The notes: generated by a model from the sequence alone, not told the origin. Positions 10,968-22,020 are shown, counted from the first letter of the stretch. The stretch is 64,000 nt of DNA from Bacteriovoracaceae bacterium (GCA_018649885.1 JABIHA010000086.1:1-64000); one strand, 5' to 3'. Translations and numbers: made by a program.

Positions 10968-13865
10968 ATGGAAAAATTTAGTAAGTTAGGAAAATGGGCA
11001 GCAATAGATATTGAGACAACTGGTATCAATCCATCTTTAGACGATATAATTGATATAGGTTTTCTAGAATTTGAGGGAACAACCCTTATTAGAAAATATA
11101 GCTCACTCGTTAATTATGAATATGGTCTGTCTGAATTCATTCAAAAGCTCACAGGCATTACAAGTAAAATGGTGAAATCAGCTCCTCATTGGTCCACTAT
11201 TGAGCCCGAGCTGACATCTCTTGCAGGAATGACTCTTCTGGCACATAACGCAGGATTTGAGCAAAGTTTTCTTGGAAAGTACTTTGATAGCGTTTCCCAC
11301 AATCTTTCTGAGGGTGAAAAAACACAATATGCTGATTCAATTTACTATCTATCTCTTTTGTTTCCGGAAAGAGACTCTCTTGGTCTTGATTCTTTTATAC
11401 AAGACTTTGGTATAAGAGATAGTGAGGTTCACAGAGGATTTGAGGATTCACTCGATTTAATAAAGGTCATGTTAATGGCCACGAAAATATCCTACGCTGA
11501 TCCACAGAGAAGGATGACGCTCTCACAGCTCATTAAAAACTATCACTTATCAAATAACTGGTTATTTTCTTTTTTTGATTTGGACCTAGAAGAAATTGAT
11601 GAGCTGGCTTGTCAGCTAGACTTTGATATTGAAAGCGCAGTAGATAAATACTTTGATAAAAATTGCGAAACAAATAAACTTCCCGAAGGGCCAAGGCTAC
11701 TTCCCAAAGAATTTTCTGGTAAGGCCTTAGAGGGGTTCTTTAAAGATGAGCAGAAGCTTGGTGAAGTGATGCCGGGCTATCTCTTTAGAGATGTTCAATT
11801 AAACCTAGGCCTTAAGGTTGGGCAGAGTTTTAAAAATCATGTTCACTCTCTTATTCAAGCTCCTACAGGTACTGGGAAAACTCTTGGATACCTTGTTCCC
11901 GCAGTATTATTTTCAGAAGAGACTGGAGAGCAGGTACTAATCGCCACAGGAACGAAAGCGCTCCAAACTCAGGCAATGGAAAAAGATATTCCGGCCCTCC
12001 AAAATATTATGGGAGTCGATAGCCAAAAATTAGATATTGTAAAACTTGTGGGCTCTAGTAATCATTTTTGCGAATCACTTTTTAGAAGATCTGTTGATGA
12101 AGACCTATTATTTGATTACGGTGATGATTTTATTCCCAATTTTTTCAAAGTTTATTTTGATCTCCTTTTTTATGATAATTCAAGAGGGGGAAGTCGCTCG
12201 AGAGAAAGTGTGCCGGGGTTTTTGAAAAGAGATCCTATATACGCTGAAAGTGAAAAGAAATACGCCGTTGATTATAGAGCTTGTGTGGGCAGTAAGTGTC
12301 CTTTTGCTGGAACATGCAGCTATATTAATGGACTAAGAAAGGCCAAAGAAGCCGATATTATTGTAGGGAATCATTCAATGATGTTTACCTGGCCTAGAGG
12401 TCTCGCAAGGCCTTCATATGTAGTTGTTGATGAGGCCCATAAACTTGAAAAAGAAGCCACTTCGTCGTTTTCCCATATTTTGGATCAAAGAGGTATGGAG
12501 AGTCTTCAAAGAAGCTTAACCAATTTCACTGGAATTGGAGCCTTCTTTTATTTAATTAGTGAGCTGGGTACAGGATCACAAAAAGAGACGGAAGAAATTG
12601 AGTGGATAAAAAAAGAGAGTTCTAGTACTGCTGAAATGTTAGAAGAACACCTTGCTCCTCTGAGTGACTTGATGGAAAGGTATTTTAAAAAAATGCCTCG
12701 CTATAGTTCAATGTATTGGAATGAACTTCCCATGTTGACTAAAAATGGCGCCAATGATCAATTGGGCCGAAGTATTTTTAATCATCTCAGTTCAATTTAT
12801 CATATTGTATCAGGGTATTTTGAGTATATTTTCCCTCGGTATCAAAAATTAAAAGATTCTGGTGTCTCAGGAGATGATAATCTACTGGCCTTCACTCGCT
12901 TTGAGTCTTTCATTATAGGACTTGAAGATGTTGTTAAATGTCTTGAGATTTGCCTTGAAGGAAGTGGAGAGTACGGACACTCCATTAAATTTCACGAGCA
13001 AAATGGCTATCAATTAGAAGCGGCTCCAATTGATGTTGGTAAGATTATTCATGAAAACCTACTTGAGCCTTCAAATTCTGTTATTTTTACATCCGCCACC
13101 CTGGGAAATGCCCACGGCGATTATGGAAGCACTGGGGCTGAATGGATGACTGGCTACACTTACCTAGACCCAGAAAAAAGATTTAAAAGTGGTTTTTACC
13201 TGCCAGCAACTTTTGATTACAAAAATAATGCTAGGGTTTTCTTATGTGACGATACTCCTAGTCTCTATGATTCCGCATTTGTAGGGACTACACTCACTCC
13301 CGTCGTAAAGTTAATCAAAAAATTAAAAGGTAAATCTCTTCTTTTATTTTCAGCAAAAACCAGGTTTGAGAAGGCGCGAGAGCTGCTTTTAAAAGAGCTC
13401 AAAGGTGAAGTTGAAGTCTATATCCAAGGAATGGGAAAAAATGTTGTGGAGGAGTTTAAAAACTCTAAAGCAGGTGTGCTTCTGGGAATGGAATCATTTG
13501 GCGAGGGAATTGATGTACCAGGTGAGGCCTTACAATTTGTTTTTATCGATAAAATTCCAGATTTAAGGCAAGACCTTGTGATCGGAAAAAGAAGAGACTT
13601 CTTTGAAAGATCTTTTGGGAATGAATTTCAAGATTACTTTATGGCCCACCGGGCGAGAGGGCTTCATCAAAAATTGGGAAGGCTCATTAGGTCTGGATCT
13701 GACTTTGGTGGAGCTATTATTGTAGACTCCCGAATAAAGAGATGGAAAAAAAGAACTAAAGACTCTTTTCTTAAATTAATGGAACCCTATCAAATCGAGT
13801 TGAATCAATTAGATAAATCATGTGAAGGGGTTTTTGACTTTATTGCTGATAAAGGAAAATCATAA
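10968..13865 (+). CDS. dinG: DinG family helicase with N-terminal DEDDh 3'-5' exonuclease
   Basis: DIETTG, AHNAGFE, H.G.ED exonuclease motifs; QAPTGTGKT, DEAH, SATL, EGIDVPG, Q.LGRLIRS helicase motifs. Confidence 0.9.
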   Translation: MEKFSKLGKWAAIDIETTGINPSLDDIIDIGFLEFEGTTLIRKYSSLVNYEYGLSEFIQKLTGITSKMVKSAPHWSTIEPELTSLAGMTLLAHNAGFEQSFLGKYFDSVSHNLSEGEKTQYADSIYYLSLLFPERDSLGLDSFIQDFGIRDSEVHRGFEDSLDLIKVMLMATKISYADPQRRMTLSQLIKNYHLSNNWLFSFFDLDLEEIDELACQLDFDIESAVDKYFDKNCETNKLPEGPRLLPKEFSGKALEGFFKDEQKLGEVMPGYLFRDVQLNLGLKVGQSFKNHVHSLIQAPTGTGKTLGYLVPAVLFSEETGEQVLIATGTKALQTQAMEKDIPALQNIMGVDSQKLDIVKLVGSSNHFCESLFRRSVDEDLLFDYGDDFIPNFFKVYFDLLFYDNSRGGSRSRESVPGFLKRDPIYAESEKKYAVDYRACVGSKCPFAGTCSYINGLRKAKEADIIVGNHSMMFTWPRGLARPSYVVVDEAHKLEKEATSSFSHILDQRGMESLQRSLTNFTGIGAFFYLISELGTGSQKETEEIEWIKKESSSTAEMLEEHLAPLSDLMERYFKKMPRYSSMYWNELPMLTKNGANDQLGRSIFNHLSSIYHIVSGYFEYIFPRYQKLKDSGVSGDDNLLAFTRFESFIIGLEDVVKCLEICLEGSGEYGHSIKFHEQNGYQLEAAPIDVGKIIHENLLEPSNSVIFTSATLGNAHGDYGSTGAEWMTGYTYLDPEKRFKSGFYLPATFDYKNNARVFLCDDTPSLYDSAFVGTTLTPVVKLIKKLKGKSLLLFSAKTRFEKARELLLKELKGEVEVYIQGMGKNVVEEFKNSKAGVLLGMESFGEGIDVPGEALQFVFIDKIPDLRQDLVIGKRRDFFERSFGNEFQDYFMAHRARGLHQKLGRLIRSGSDFGGAIIVDSRIKRWKKRTKDSFLKLMEPYQIELNQLDKSCEGVFDFIADKGKS

Positions 13866-14591
13866 ATTTTTCACTCTATTTGCTGTGAGATCGTTTAGAC
13901 TTTTCACCTCAATTTTGAGCCCTGATGGATCTTCTACCAGATAGGGAATGCATAGATGGTCACTTAGATAGTAAATCACAGGCTTTTCATCCCGATGTTT
14001 AGTGTCTCCAGCATCATGTTGGTAGAGATGAAAAACATTTGCTGTTAAATCATTGTCCCCAAGATTAATTGTTGCAGTTTTGGTAGTGGGAGACTCCACA
14101 TACACTTCTAACGATTGAATCGGTTTTACATACTCCCAAGTGTTTTCACTGGAAAGAAGAATATATCTAGTTCGCACATTGAGATCGGGCTTTCTCGATT
14201 TGGTAAACATTAATGAAAAGCAAACTGAAGGTGTGGCAATTTGATAATTGCTTGGAGTTGCGATTACCTTTTTAATGTCCTGGCCCCTATCATTTTGAAA
14301 ATGATAATTAATAGATTGCTCTTTATATTGGGATATATAGGTTTCTGTGACTTTTAAAGTACCAAGGTTTTTCTCTACCTTCACATTTACAGGAAGGAAT
14401 TTCTTATTCACAAGGTATTGGATATTAATTTTTAGAAAATCACCTGTTGAGGCCCTTGAAAGAGTTTCCGACTTTAATAACAGACCTCCACTGGACTCTG
14501 AGTGAAAAATTTCAAAGTTTTCTTGGGTGTATGAGACCCCGTCATTAATATAGTTAAATGATCCTCTATAGATGAGGTCTGTATCTTCCAT
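13860..14591 (-). CDS. Hypothetical protein
   Basis: 243-aa ORF filling the gap between dinG and lysS. Confidence 0.7.
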   Translation of the reverse strand: MEDTDLIYRGSFNYINDGVSYTQENFEIFHSESSGGLLLKSETLSRASTGDFLKINIQYLVNKKFLPVNVKVEKNLGTLKVTETYISQYKEQSINYHFQNDRGQDIKKVIATPSNYQIATPSVCFSLMFTKSRKPDLNVRTRYILLSSENTWEYVKPIQSLEVYVESPTTKTATINLGDNDLTANVFHLYQHDAGDTKHRDEKPVIYYLSDHLCIPYLVEDPSGLKIEVKSLNDLTANRVKNL

Positions 14592-14659
14592 TAAATGATT
14601 CTATCAAAAAATTACGATTACCAATAACTGGAAAAACAAACCCGACAATACTAGTTCTG

Positions 14660-16240
14660 TTAAAGTAGAGAGATAACTCGCTCTTTTCCAATTGATTTTA
14701 TGAAACCCGCAAGTTTTGGCCCTTTTTCCCTATTGATGAGGTGTTTGTACATCACAGGGAATACTTCAGCTGGCTTTACTTCAAGGGTGTGAATGATTTC
14801 GTACATTTTTTCATGCAGATCTTTATCTGTTTCAAATTTGTCCCAATCGGAGCCCAGAACATCTTTTAGATTTGTAACAAAGCTCTTTTCTACATCATTC
14901 ATTTCAATATCAATTTTACCTTTATTGATTTGAAATTTAAATTCATCAGGGGCGTAGTTTTCAATCCAAAATTTTGCGCATTCACTTCTTTGCTCAAATC
15001 GTCTCTGATCTCTTGGAGATTTAATAGAGTCGGCGTAATATTTTTTTGCCACATCGATATTGAAGTCATTGATTTGCAAAATATTACAAAGATGTCTAAA
15101 TGAGGGTTGAATTGGACATACTTCTGGGATTTGTCCAACTTGCGACAGTTCTAGAACTCTTTTGGCCATATTTGTTTTTTTCTCATTACCAAGGTCTAGA
15201 CCATAGGCCAGACGTTCTTGACGATCAAAATCTTCATAGGTTTTGAGCACATCTAAATCAAAGCTTATGCTAAAGTCTACATTCGTTTTGTAGCTGGCAA
15301 AAATCCATCTCACCATTTCGGGCTCATAAACTTTGAGTACATCATTTACTGTGATGACGTTTCCAGCGGAGCTACTCATTTTGCCGCCGCCACCTTTAAC
15401 ACTTACAAAGTCGTATTGGAGATAAACTGGGGGCTGGTAGCTGTAAACTTCAGCTGCCAGCTCTTTTGCAGTGGTATAAGATCCACCTTGGCTAGAATGA
15501 TCTTTTCCACCTGGCTCGAAATCAACTTTTTCAAAGGCCCATCTCATTGGCCAATCTTCTCTCCATGGGAGCTTTACCTTAGTAGTGGTTTTAAGATCAA
15601 TGGTGTGATCACTTGTGCAGTTATCACAGTGATAGCTAAGGGCGTTTTCACCATCCCATTTAAGGTTTGTGATCTTATTGTCAGTATTACAACCATCACA
15701 GTAGACAGATAGGGGGAGCCAGTCTTTTGCAAGAGGCTCTTTTCTGTGTTGGTCTAGAATCTTTCGGACTGTATCAGTATTTTTTAAAGTGGTAGCAATA
15801 CCTTCAACATATTCACGGTTTCGATACTTGTCCGCTTGGTAAAGGAAATCGACCTCTATTCCAACTTTTTCAAGTTGAGACTCAAAGGATTTAATACTAG
15901 CACTTGCATAATTTTCTTCCACTCCATGGGGATCAGGAGTATCCACAATTGGTTGAAAAAGGTGTTTTTTTAAGAGCTCTTGGTTAGGCATATCAACAGG
16001 TATTTTTCTGAAGGTATCGTAGTTATCCCAGCTGAATATAAAGCGAACTTTTTTACCACGTGATCTAAGGGCCCGTGCTACAAGATCTACAGTTATAACT
16101 TCTCTAAAATTTCCAAAATGGACGACACCTGAGGGAGTGATTCCACTGGCAACTACATAGGTATCCTTGTCACCTTTTTGTCTAATAATTCTATCTGCTG
16201 TGTTATCTGCCCAGTGAACAAGATGGTTTTGGCCACTCAT
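14660..16240 (-). CDS. lysS: Lysine--tRNA ligase, class I (likely start ATG at 16240)
   Basis: SGITPSG.VHFGNFRE (HIGH-type), KL.WR.DWPMRW, GKDH, KMSSS motifs; GGAGTGGAG RBS. Confidence 0.95.
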   Translation of the reverse strand: MSGQNHLVHWADNTADRIIRQKGDKDTYVVASGITPSGVVHFGNFREVITVDLVARALRSRGKKVRFIFSWDNYDTFRKIPVDMPNQELLKKHLFQPIVDTPDPHGVEENYASASIKSFESQLEKVGIEVDFLYQADKYRNREYVEGIATTLKNTDTVRKILDQHRKEPLAKDWLPLSVYCDGCNTDNKITNLKWDGENALSYHCDNCTSDHTIDLKTTTKVKLPWREDWPMRWAFEKVDFEPGGKDHSSQGGSYTTAKELAAEVYSYQPPVYLQYDFVSVKGGGGKMSSSAGNVITVNDVLKVYEPEMVRWIFASYKTNVDFSISFDLDVLKTYEDFDRQERLAYGLDLGNEKKTNMAKRVLELSQVGQIPEVCPIQPSFRHLCNILQINDFNIDVAKKYYADSIKSPRDQRRFEQRSECAKFWIENYAPDEFKFQINKGKIDIEMNDVEKSFVTNLKDVLGSDWDKFETDKDLHEKMYEIIHTLEVKPAEVFPVMYKHLINREKGPKLAGFIKSIGKERVISLL

Positions 16241-16500
16241 GAACTCCACTCCTTTCATAAATTAGATTTGTTTTCATACCATAGAGTACTCATTACATAA
16301 ACTTTGCCACATACTGGAGGCAATGTCGCTTGTTATCAAATAAATTCTATGGAGTTCAAGCCTCTGTATTTACCAGGACTTAATATAAACTTTTGAAAAC
16401 CGATCAATTAGCACCATTTCCTAGTTACAATAGAATTATTCGAGGAGTACTGGGGTGAGCAGATTGGAAGGGATAAGCACTCCTTCTACAATTGTAGGAG

Positions 16501-16875
16501 TTGCTAGTGATTTCAACTAACAGAGTCAAAGCTTTTATATTGATAGTGCTTTGTAGTGCATTAAGTCTTGGTGCTTACCCTCGGAAGCCGAATAATGAAG
16601 TCTATATTATTTGTCCCAAAAGAGTGAAAAATACTAATTTTAAGGTTCCCTACGGGCTTGAAAAAGTACCTGGTGCTAGAAACTGCTTCGGTGGACGCAC
16701 AGATGTTGGAAAATTTGCCCAAATTGCTGTGGACCCTTTTGGAATAGCCTGCTTTTACAAAACGGCCAAGGCCAAGAGATGCCCACTTTTTGAATTTAGA
16801 CCGAAAAGAGGAAAGAGGTTGAAGTGCAGTGAGACTGAGTTTGATCAGGCCCTGTGTAAGATTGAAGACGCTTAA
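16501..16875 (+). CDS. Hypothetical Cys-containing secreted protein
   Basis: 124-aa ORF, AGGAG RBS before GTG at 16507, signal-like N-terminus. Confidence 0.6.
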   Translation: MLVISTNRVKAFILIVLCSALSLGAYPRKPNNEVYIICPKRVKNTNFKVPYGLEKVPGARNCFGGRTDVGKFAQIAVDPFGIACFYKTAKAKRCPLFEFRPKRGKRLKCSETEFDQALCKIEDA

Positions 16876-16956
16876 AACCTGCTAAAAATATAGCGGCAGG
16901 TAGTGAGCATAAGAGCTTTTTTCATTACTCTCTCAAAACCTGCCAATTTCATAATT

Positions 16957-18087
16957 TTATAATTCAAGATCAATATTTACTGGTGCGACAAATGTTGTCA
17001 CTCCGCAAAATGTCCCAGATGTTATGATGCCAATTTGCCTGAACTCACCATTTTCTAGTCTGGTAAACGCTGGTCCACCACTGTCACCGTAGCAAGAGCC
17101 CTTAAGTACTTTCTCCTCAGGTGCAACAAATAGGTGGTAGTCATCTTGATTATCATGGGGAGCCATTTTGAGCTCAACTTGATTTTTGTCACCAGAGTTA
17201 TTGTATAGCAGGATAAAGTAGGCCCTCATCCCAACAAGTTGGCCTAGCTTTTTATCTATTTCAGCAATTTTTTCTGGGTCCTTTTCGAATATCTTTGCAA
17301 AGGCCAGAGTTTGTATATCTGACTCTACAATTTGGATCATTCTAGGATCAATTTGTCTTCCAAATCCCGCCACAGTAACTCTTGCATCCATAACCATTAG
17401 CTTTGCCTGATCTTCTGCAGATATCAATGGAGTAGGTGCAATATCAGTGATGGCTTCAGATAAATGGATGATCGCTTTATCTTCAGAAATTTTATACGAA
17501 AGAGAGTTATCCTCCTCATTGGCCAAGTCAGTGTGTTTAAAATAGCCGGTGTATATGAGTTTACCTGCTAATTTTGAAAGCTCTACCGATTCAACTATAT
17601 CTTGACCTTCAGCTTTTCCGCCCGGCTTTGAAATCCCAAAGTGGATTTTTATTTCCGAGTTATCTCTCTCCATTATTTTATAAATGTGAGATTTAATGAC
17701 TTCTCTTTGACCTTCTTTATCCATTTGATCAAATTCATCTTGTGTGAGGCTCTGTCCTTCAGATTCACCTCTTATGGCCCTTTGAACTTTTTCGGCCTTA
17801 TCTGAAAACTCTTTCTTACTTGAATACTCCATAGTGGAAACACAGTGGGCAGCAGTTAAAATCTCGGTTGGGCTAATAAGGTTTCCTGTGCAAAAAACTC
17901 TTCCGTTTTTTACCAGGCCTACAACACTTTTAAAGTCAAGATTTCCTTCTTCTACTTTCTCTCCACCTACTACATGGCCCAATTTAACCTGTGCTACATT
18001 CGCGTTTTCTTTCCCACAACCAATGAGTAGTAGAGTTAGGGCAGCAGAAGCCATAACTTTTTTACTCACGTTTACTCGCCTTTTCAT
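16957..18087 (-). CDS. Trypsin-like (S1) serine protease, probable lipoprotein
   Basis: LTAAHC, D.AII.L, CYGDSGGP triad motifs; lipobox LIGC. Confidence 0.9.
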   Translation of the reverse strand: MKRRVNVSKKVMASAALTLLLIGCGKENANVAQVKLGHVVGGEKVEEGNLDFKSVVGLVKNGRVFCTGNLISPTEILTAAHCVSTMEYSSKKEFSDKAEKVQRAIRGESEGQSLTQDEFDQMDKEGQREVIKSHIYKIMERDNSEIKIHFGISKPGGKAEGQDIVESVELSKLAGKLIYTGYFKHTDLANEEDNSLSYKISEDKAIIHLSEAITDIAPTPLISAEDQAKLMVMDARVTVAGFGRQIDPRMIQIVESDIQTLAFAKIFEKDPEKIAEIDKKLGQLVGMRAYFILLYNNSGDKNQVELKMAPHDNQDDYHLFVAPEEKVLKGSCYGDSGGPAFTRLENGEFRQIGIITSGTFCGVTTFVAPVNIDLEL

Positions 18088-18333
18088 ATTCTCTCCTTCA
18101 ACTTTCTCTTCGATAAAAAGAAGATATTTTTTTCATCATATTTGGTCTATAACCGTGTAATCTTTTCAAAGTGGCGAAAAAAGGTGAGTGACGCAGAGAA
18201 TATGTCTTTTATTTTAGATGGTTGGGAAGATGTAAGAAGTGGTGAAAAAATTCTCACTTTCTTACATTTGCTTACTAAGTAGGTGGTTAATAAAAATTCA
18301 TTGGACTGGCCCAAGCTGAGAGCTGTTTTGAAT

Positions 18334-18365
18334 AAAAAAAGGCCCTCTTTTTACGAGAGGGCCTT
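18334..18365 (-). terminator. Intrinsic terminator of pckA
   Basis: GGCCCTCT/AGAGGGCC stem with A7 on + strand (U-tract on - strand). Confidence 0.85.
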
Positions 18366-18395
18366 GTGATATTTTTTAAAATGATTTGTTTATTA

Positions 18396-19991
18396 TTAAA
18401 CTAATGGACCGGCTTTAATAACTTTTTCCTCTACTCCAGATTCGAAGATTTTAAAATTGTTTCTAAATAAGGTCGCTAGATTTTTTGCTTTGGCATCGTA
18501 TTCTTTTGGATCTTCCCATGTTTTTTGTGGAAGAAGTAAGGAATCCGGTACACCTGGGCATGTTAGTGGCATTTGCAATCCAAAATATTCGTCAACTGTT
18601 GTGTCCACATTTTTTAGCTCACCTTTATTGATGGCATCGATAATAGATCTTGTGTATTTAAGAGAAAATCTCTTACCCACACCATATCCACCACCTGACC
18701 AACCTGTATTGACCAGCCAAACACTAACATTGTCTTCTTCAATTTTTTCAGCAAGTAGCTCAGCGTACTTTCCAGGGTGCCAGGCCATAAAAGCAGCTCC
18801 AAAACATGCTGAAAATGTAGCCTCAGGTTCTTTGACTCCAACTTCTGTGCCGGCGACTTTTGCAGTGTATCCACTTATAAAGTGATACATGGCCTGCTCA
18901 GCTGTTAGCTTACTGACTGGAGGTAGAACTCCAAAAGCATCACAAGTTAAAAAGACAATATTTTTTGGCTTTGGTCCAACACAGGGAATGATTGCATTGG
19001 GGATGTACTCAATGGGATAAGAAGCTCTAGTATTTTCTGTTAACTCTGTATTGGTGTAATCCACTGTTCTAGTTGTCTCATCGTAGACAACATTTTCTAG
19101 AACAGTGCCAAATTTTATTGCGTCCCATATCTCAGGTTCACTTTCTTTTTTAAGATCAATTGCTTTGGCGTAGCAACCACCTTCAATATTAAAAATACCT
19201 TTTTCAGTCCAGCAGTGCTCATCATCTCCAATAAGTCCTCTATCTGCTACGGCCGATAGAGTTGTTTTCCCAGTGCCTGAGAGACCAAAAAAGAGAGTGA
19301 GATCATTTTGACTACCGACGTTTGCAGAACAATGCATGGAAAGTGATCCCTTCTTAGGCATCAAATAGTTCATGATTGTAAAAACACCTTTTTTCATCTC
19401 TCCTGCATACTCTGTTCCAAGGATCACCATTTCATTTGATGCAAAGTTTAGAGCAACACTTGTATTTCCTGTAATTCCTGCCACTTTTGGGTCAGCACAA
19501 TGTTGACCGGCATTGAAAATGACATAATCAGGGGTTCCAAAATCACTAAGCTCTTCAGCTGTTGGACGTATTAACATATTGTGCATGAACAGAGCATGGT
19601 AGGCCCTGGTGCAAACAACTCTGATTTTTAACCTATGGGTTTCATCCCAACCGGCGTATCCATCAACAACATAGAGTCTGTCTTTATGATTGAAAAAATC
19701 AATGGCCCTAGCTTTATTGATATTGAAGGAGTCACCAGAGAGCTTAATATTAATATCTCCCCACCAAATATTTTCTGATGAACCTGGCTCATCGACTATT
19801 CTTTTATCTTTTGGGGAACGCCCAGTCCTGTCACCGCTTCTAACCATAAGGGCCCCAACATCTGATATGGCAGAACCTTCTTCATGTTTTAAAGCATGTT
19901 CATAAAGTTTTGCTGGGCTTTGGTTTCTGTAAATGTGCCTATCTTTGATTCCGTAGGCTTCTAGTGAAAAGTGATTCATCAATGGCTCCAA
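18396..19991 (-). CDS. pckA: Phosphoenolpyruvate carboxykinase (ATP); start may be ATG at 19979
   Basis: TGRSPKDK, YAGEMKK, GLSGTGKTTLS, LIGDDEH, NIEGGCYAK. Confidence 0.97.
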   Translation of the reverse strand: MEPLMNHFSLEAYGIKDRHIYRNQSPAKLYEHALKHEEGSAISDVGALMVRSGDRTGRSPKDKRIVDEPGSSENIWWGDINIKLSGDSFNINKARAIDFFNHKDRLYVVDGYAGWDETHRLKIRVVCTRAYHALFMHNMLIRPTAEELSDFGTPDYVIFNAGQHCADPKVAGITGNTSVALNFASNEMVILGTEYAGEMKKGVFTIMNYLMPKKGSLSMHCSANVGSQNDLTLFFGLSGTGKTTLSAVADRGLIGDDEHCWTEKGIFNIEGGCYAKAIDLKKESEPEIWDAIKFGTVLENVVYDETTRTVDYTNTELTENTRASYPIEYIPNAIIPCVGPKPKNIVFLTCDAFGVLPPVSKLTAEQAMYHFISGYTAKVAGTEVGVKEPEATFSACFGAAFMAWHPGKYAELLAEKIEEDNVSVWLVNTGWSGGGYGVGKRFSLKYTRSIIDAINKGELKNVDTTVDEYFGLQMPLTCPGVPDSLLLPQKTWEDPKEYDAKAKNLATLFRNNFKIFESGVEEKVIKAGPLV

Positions 19992-20296
19992 TTTTCCCGA
20001 TTGATTGGTTGTGAAAAAATTCCGAGTTAATTAATAGCGGTCTTATATCATTTGTTAAGTTTTTATAATACTGAAAATTAATAGGGTTAACATAAATACA
20101 ATGGCTTGACGCGCAGCATTTGTTTCTGCACTTATGAAAGGTGAAAAAAATTGCCAGTTTTGGCCCAAAATATTTAGCCCCATCCATTTTTTTTTAAAGT
20201 AATCAGCTCGGACAATGGTCTCATGAGAGGAAAATAGCTCGCATTGGCTTAAGGGCAGTCACTTGCTAAAATTAACGTAGGTGGTTGTTTTTAAAT

Positions 20297-20383
20297 TGGT
20301 GCCCAGGGCGAGACTTGAACTCGCACAGCTTTGCAGCCGAGGGATTTTAAATCCCTTGTGTCTACCGATTCCACCACCCGGGC
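20297..20383 (-). tRNA. tRNA-Leu (anticodon TAA)
   Basis: Reverse complement GCCCGGGTGGTGGAATCGGTAGACAC-AAGGGATTTAAAATCCCT-long variable arm-GCGAGTTCAAGTCTCGC-CCTGGGCACCA. Confidence 0.97.
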
Positions 20384-20436
20384 AATAACATCGCACTTGC
20401 AGGCGCAAGGCGTAAGTAACTGGAAACTTTGAGCTT

Positions 20437-21966
20437 ATGTTGAACCAGAGGACTCCATCTTGTCAAATCAAAACGAGCGTAGGAATGCGAAGATTTTTAT
20501 TTTTGGCAATTTTTATTTTTACGGGTTGTGCCCAAACGAAAGATCCTAAGTGGAGAATTGAGACCTCCGACAGTAAATGGTTTACTGAGTCGAAGTTTGG
20601 CCATGTTGATGATCTTGGTAAGCCCTCATTTCATCCCTTCTTTGATTTGCAAACAGGACTAGATTTTAAAAATCGAGAATTAAATTTTATTGTGACGACT
20701 CCTTACGAAAGTAAAATCTCCTATGGCCTCGATGTTATTTCTGGAAAAAAATATCACCTGCACCACTACTGTTATCAAGATGACATTTGGAAAAAATATG
20801 ACGGGACACTGACTTATCCTCCCTATACAGAAGGAGTGGTACCAAGGGTTCTCGATCAGCTTGGGCAGCCTCAAAAAATAATTGTATTTGGTAATGGTGA
20901 GTTCTACAGCGAAGACCACGGAAAAAATATTCACAGAGTAGTTGTTGTAGGTGGCGTGATAGAGCAAATGTGTACAAAGGTTTCATGCAGGAGCGGTGAA
21001 GGTTGGCAATCTAGGATGGTGTTAATTGCAGTTGACCCAAGAGACCCCTGGGTCAGAGAAGTGAAACATATTCGAGAATTAAAAAAGAGAATTGATTGGG
21101 ATTATGTTCAGGCCTTTATGCAAAATGGACAGGGTAGGTCTGTGACAAGAGGGAGACAATTTCCTGGCTTTAGGGTTGTGGGAGAAATATCTCCAGGAAT
21201 TGCGCTGAGGTTTTCAAGTGCCTACAGCCATATTTTTACCTGGGAAGAGCTCAAAAATATGAGGAAGTCCTGTCATAAGCTCTTTGATCATGCTTGGGAT
21301 AAGCTGGGAAAGTTAGGAGCAGAGTTTCTTAGAAAAACATCCAATCTAAATGGACAAAAACTCAAAGGCTATAAAGGCCTAAAAGCCTATTTGGCTTCGG
21401 TCAAAATGGAAGAGAAGAAGGTAAACTATTTTGGTAAGGCCTTCATTCAATTTCACAAAAAATTTGGCAAAAGATTCCAAACCTGTACCGACTTTGTGCG
21501 GCCTTCAAGTATCAATTTTAACTACGAAATTGAAAGGCACTGGTTTTTTACCTATGTGGTGGCCTTTTATAAACTTCAAAGGTTGGGCTACAGGTTTAAC
21601 TGCGGCGCCAAAAGATGGGTGGGAAATCCTTATGGGCCCAAGGCCAGAAGAATTGTCGACCCTTATAACTCTCTTAAACACTGCACCACTGAGTCCTTGG
21701 ATATGGCATTCCCCGCAGCAGTGAGAGTTCTCGAGGGCCGCTTGAAATCAGGCTTAGAGACCTATAGCTATATTGAATACGACAATAGGGTAGGGGGAAG
21801 CCATCAAAAAATCTATTCTTGGGTCCCCATCAAATCTAAGAGACTTGATTGTAAAGACGAAGATTACGCCTTAAGAAATAAATATTTTCCTGAATTTCCA
21901 AAAGACATTGTGTGGCACACCAAATCCATTCACAAGCAGCTTAGAAAAATGGGCATCATTTACTAA
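20437..21966 (+). CDS. Hypothetical lipoprotein (likely start ATG at 20485)
   Basis: 509-aa ORF; MRRFLFLAIFIFTGC lipobox. Confidence 0.75.
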   Translation: MLNQRTPSCQIKTSVGMRRFLFLAIFIFTGCAQTKDPKWRIETSDSKWFTESKFGHVDDLGKPSFHPFFDLQTGLDFKNRELNFIVTTPYESKISYGLDVISGKKYHLHHYCYQDDIWKKYDGTLTYPPYTEGVVPRVLDQLGQPQKIIVFGNGEFYSEDHGKNIHRVVVVGGVIEQMCTKVSCRSGEGWQSRMVLIAVDPRDPWVREVKHIRELKKRIDWDYVQAFMQNGQGRSVTRGRQFPGFRVVGEISPGIALRFSSAYSHIFTWEELKNMRKSCHKLFDHAWDKLGKLGAEFLRKTSNLNGQKLKGYKGLKAYLASVKMEEKKVNYFGKAFIQFHKKFGKRFQTCTDFVRPSSINFNYEIERHWFFTYVVAFYKLQRLGYRFNCGAKRWVGNPYGPKARRIVDPYNSLKHCTTESLDMAFPAAVRVLEGRLKSGLETYSYIEYDNRVGGSHQKIYSWVPIKSKRLDCKDEDYALRNKYFPEFPKDIVWHTKSIHKQLRKMGIIY

Positions 21967-22020
21967 CGGCTTCCTTACAGACTAAACTGGAATCAGTATA
22001 GTAGCTAGAATTTAAAGAAG

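Noticed and set aside
20297..20383. tRNA-Leu as an integration site for an island
   Set aside because: I saw no duplicated tRNA 3' end and no integrase; the neighbour is housekeeping pckA.
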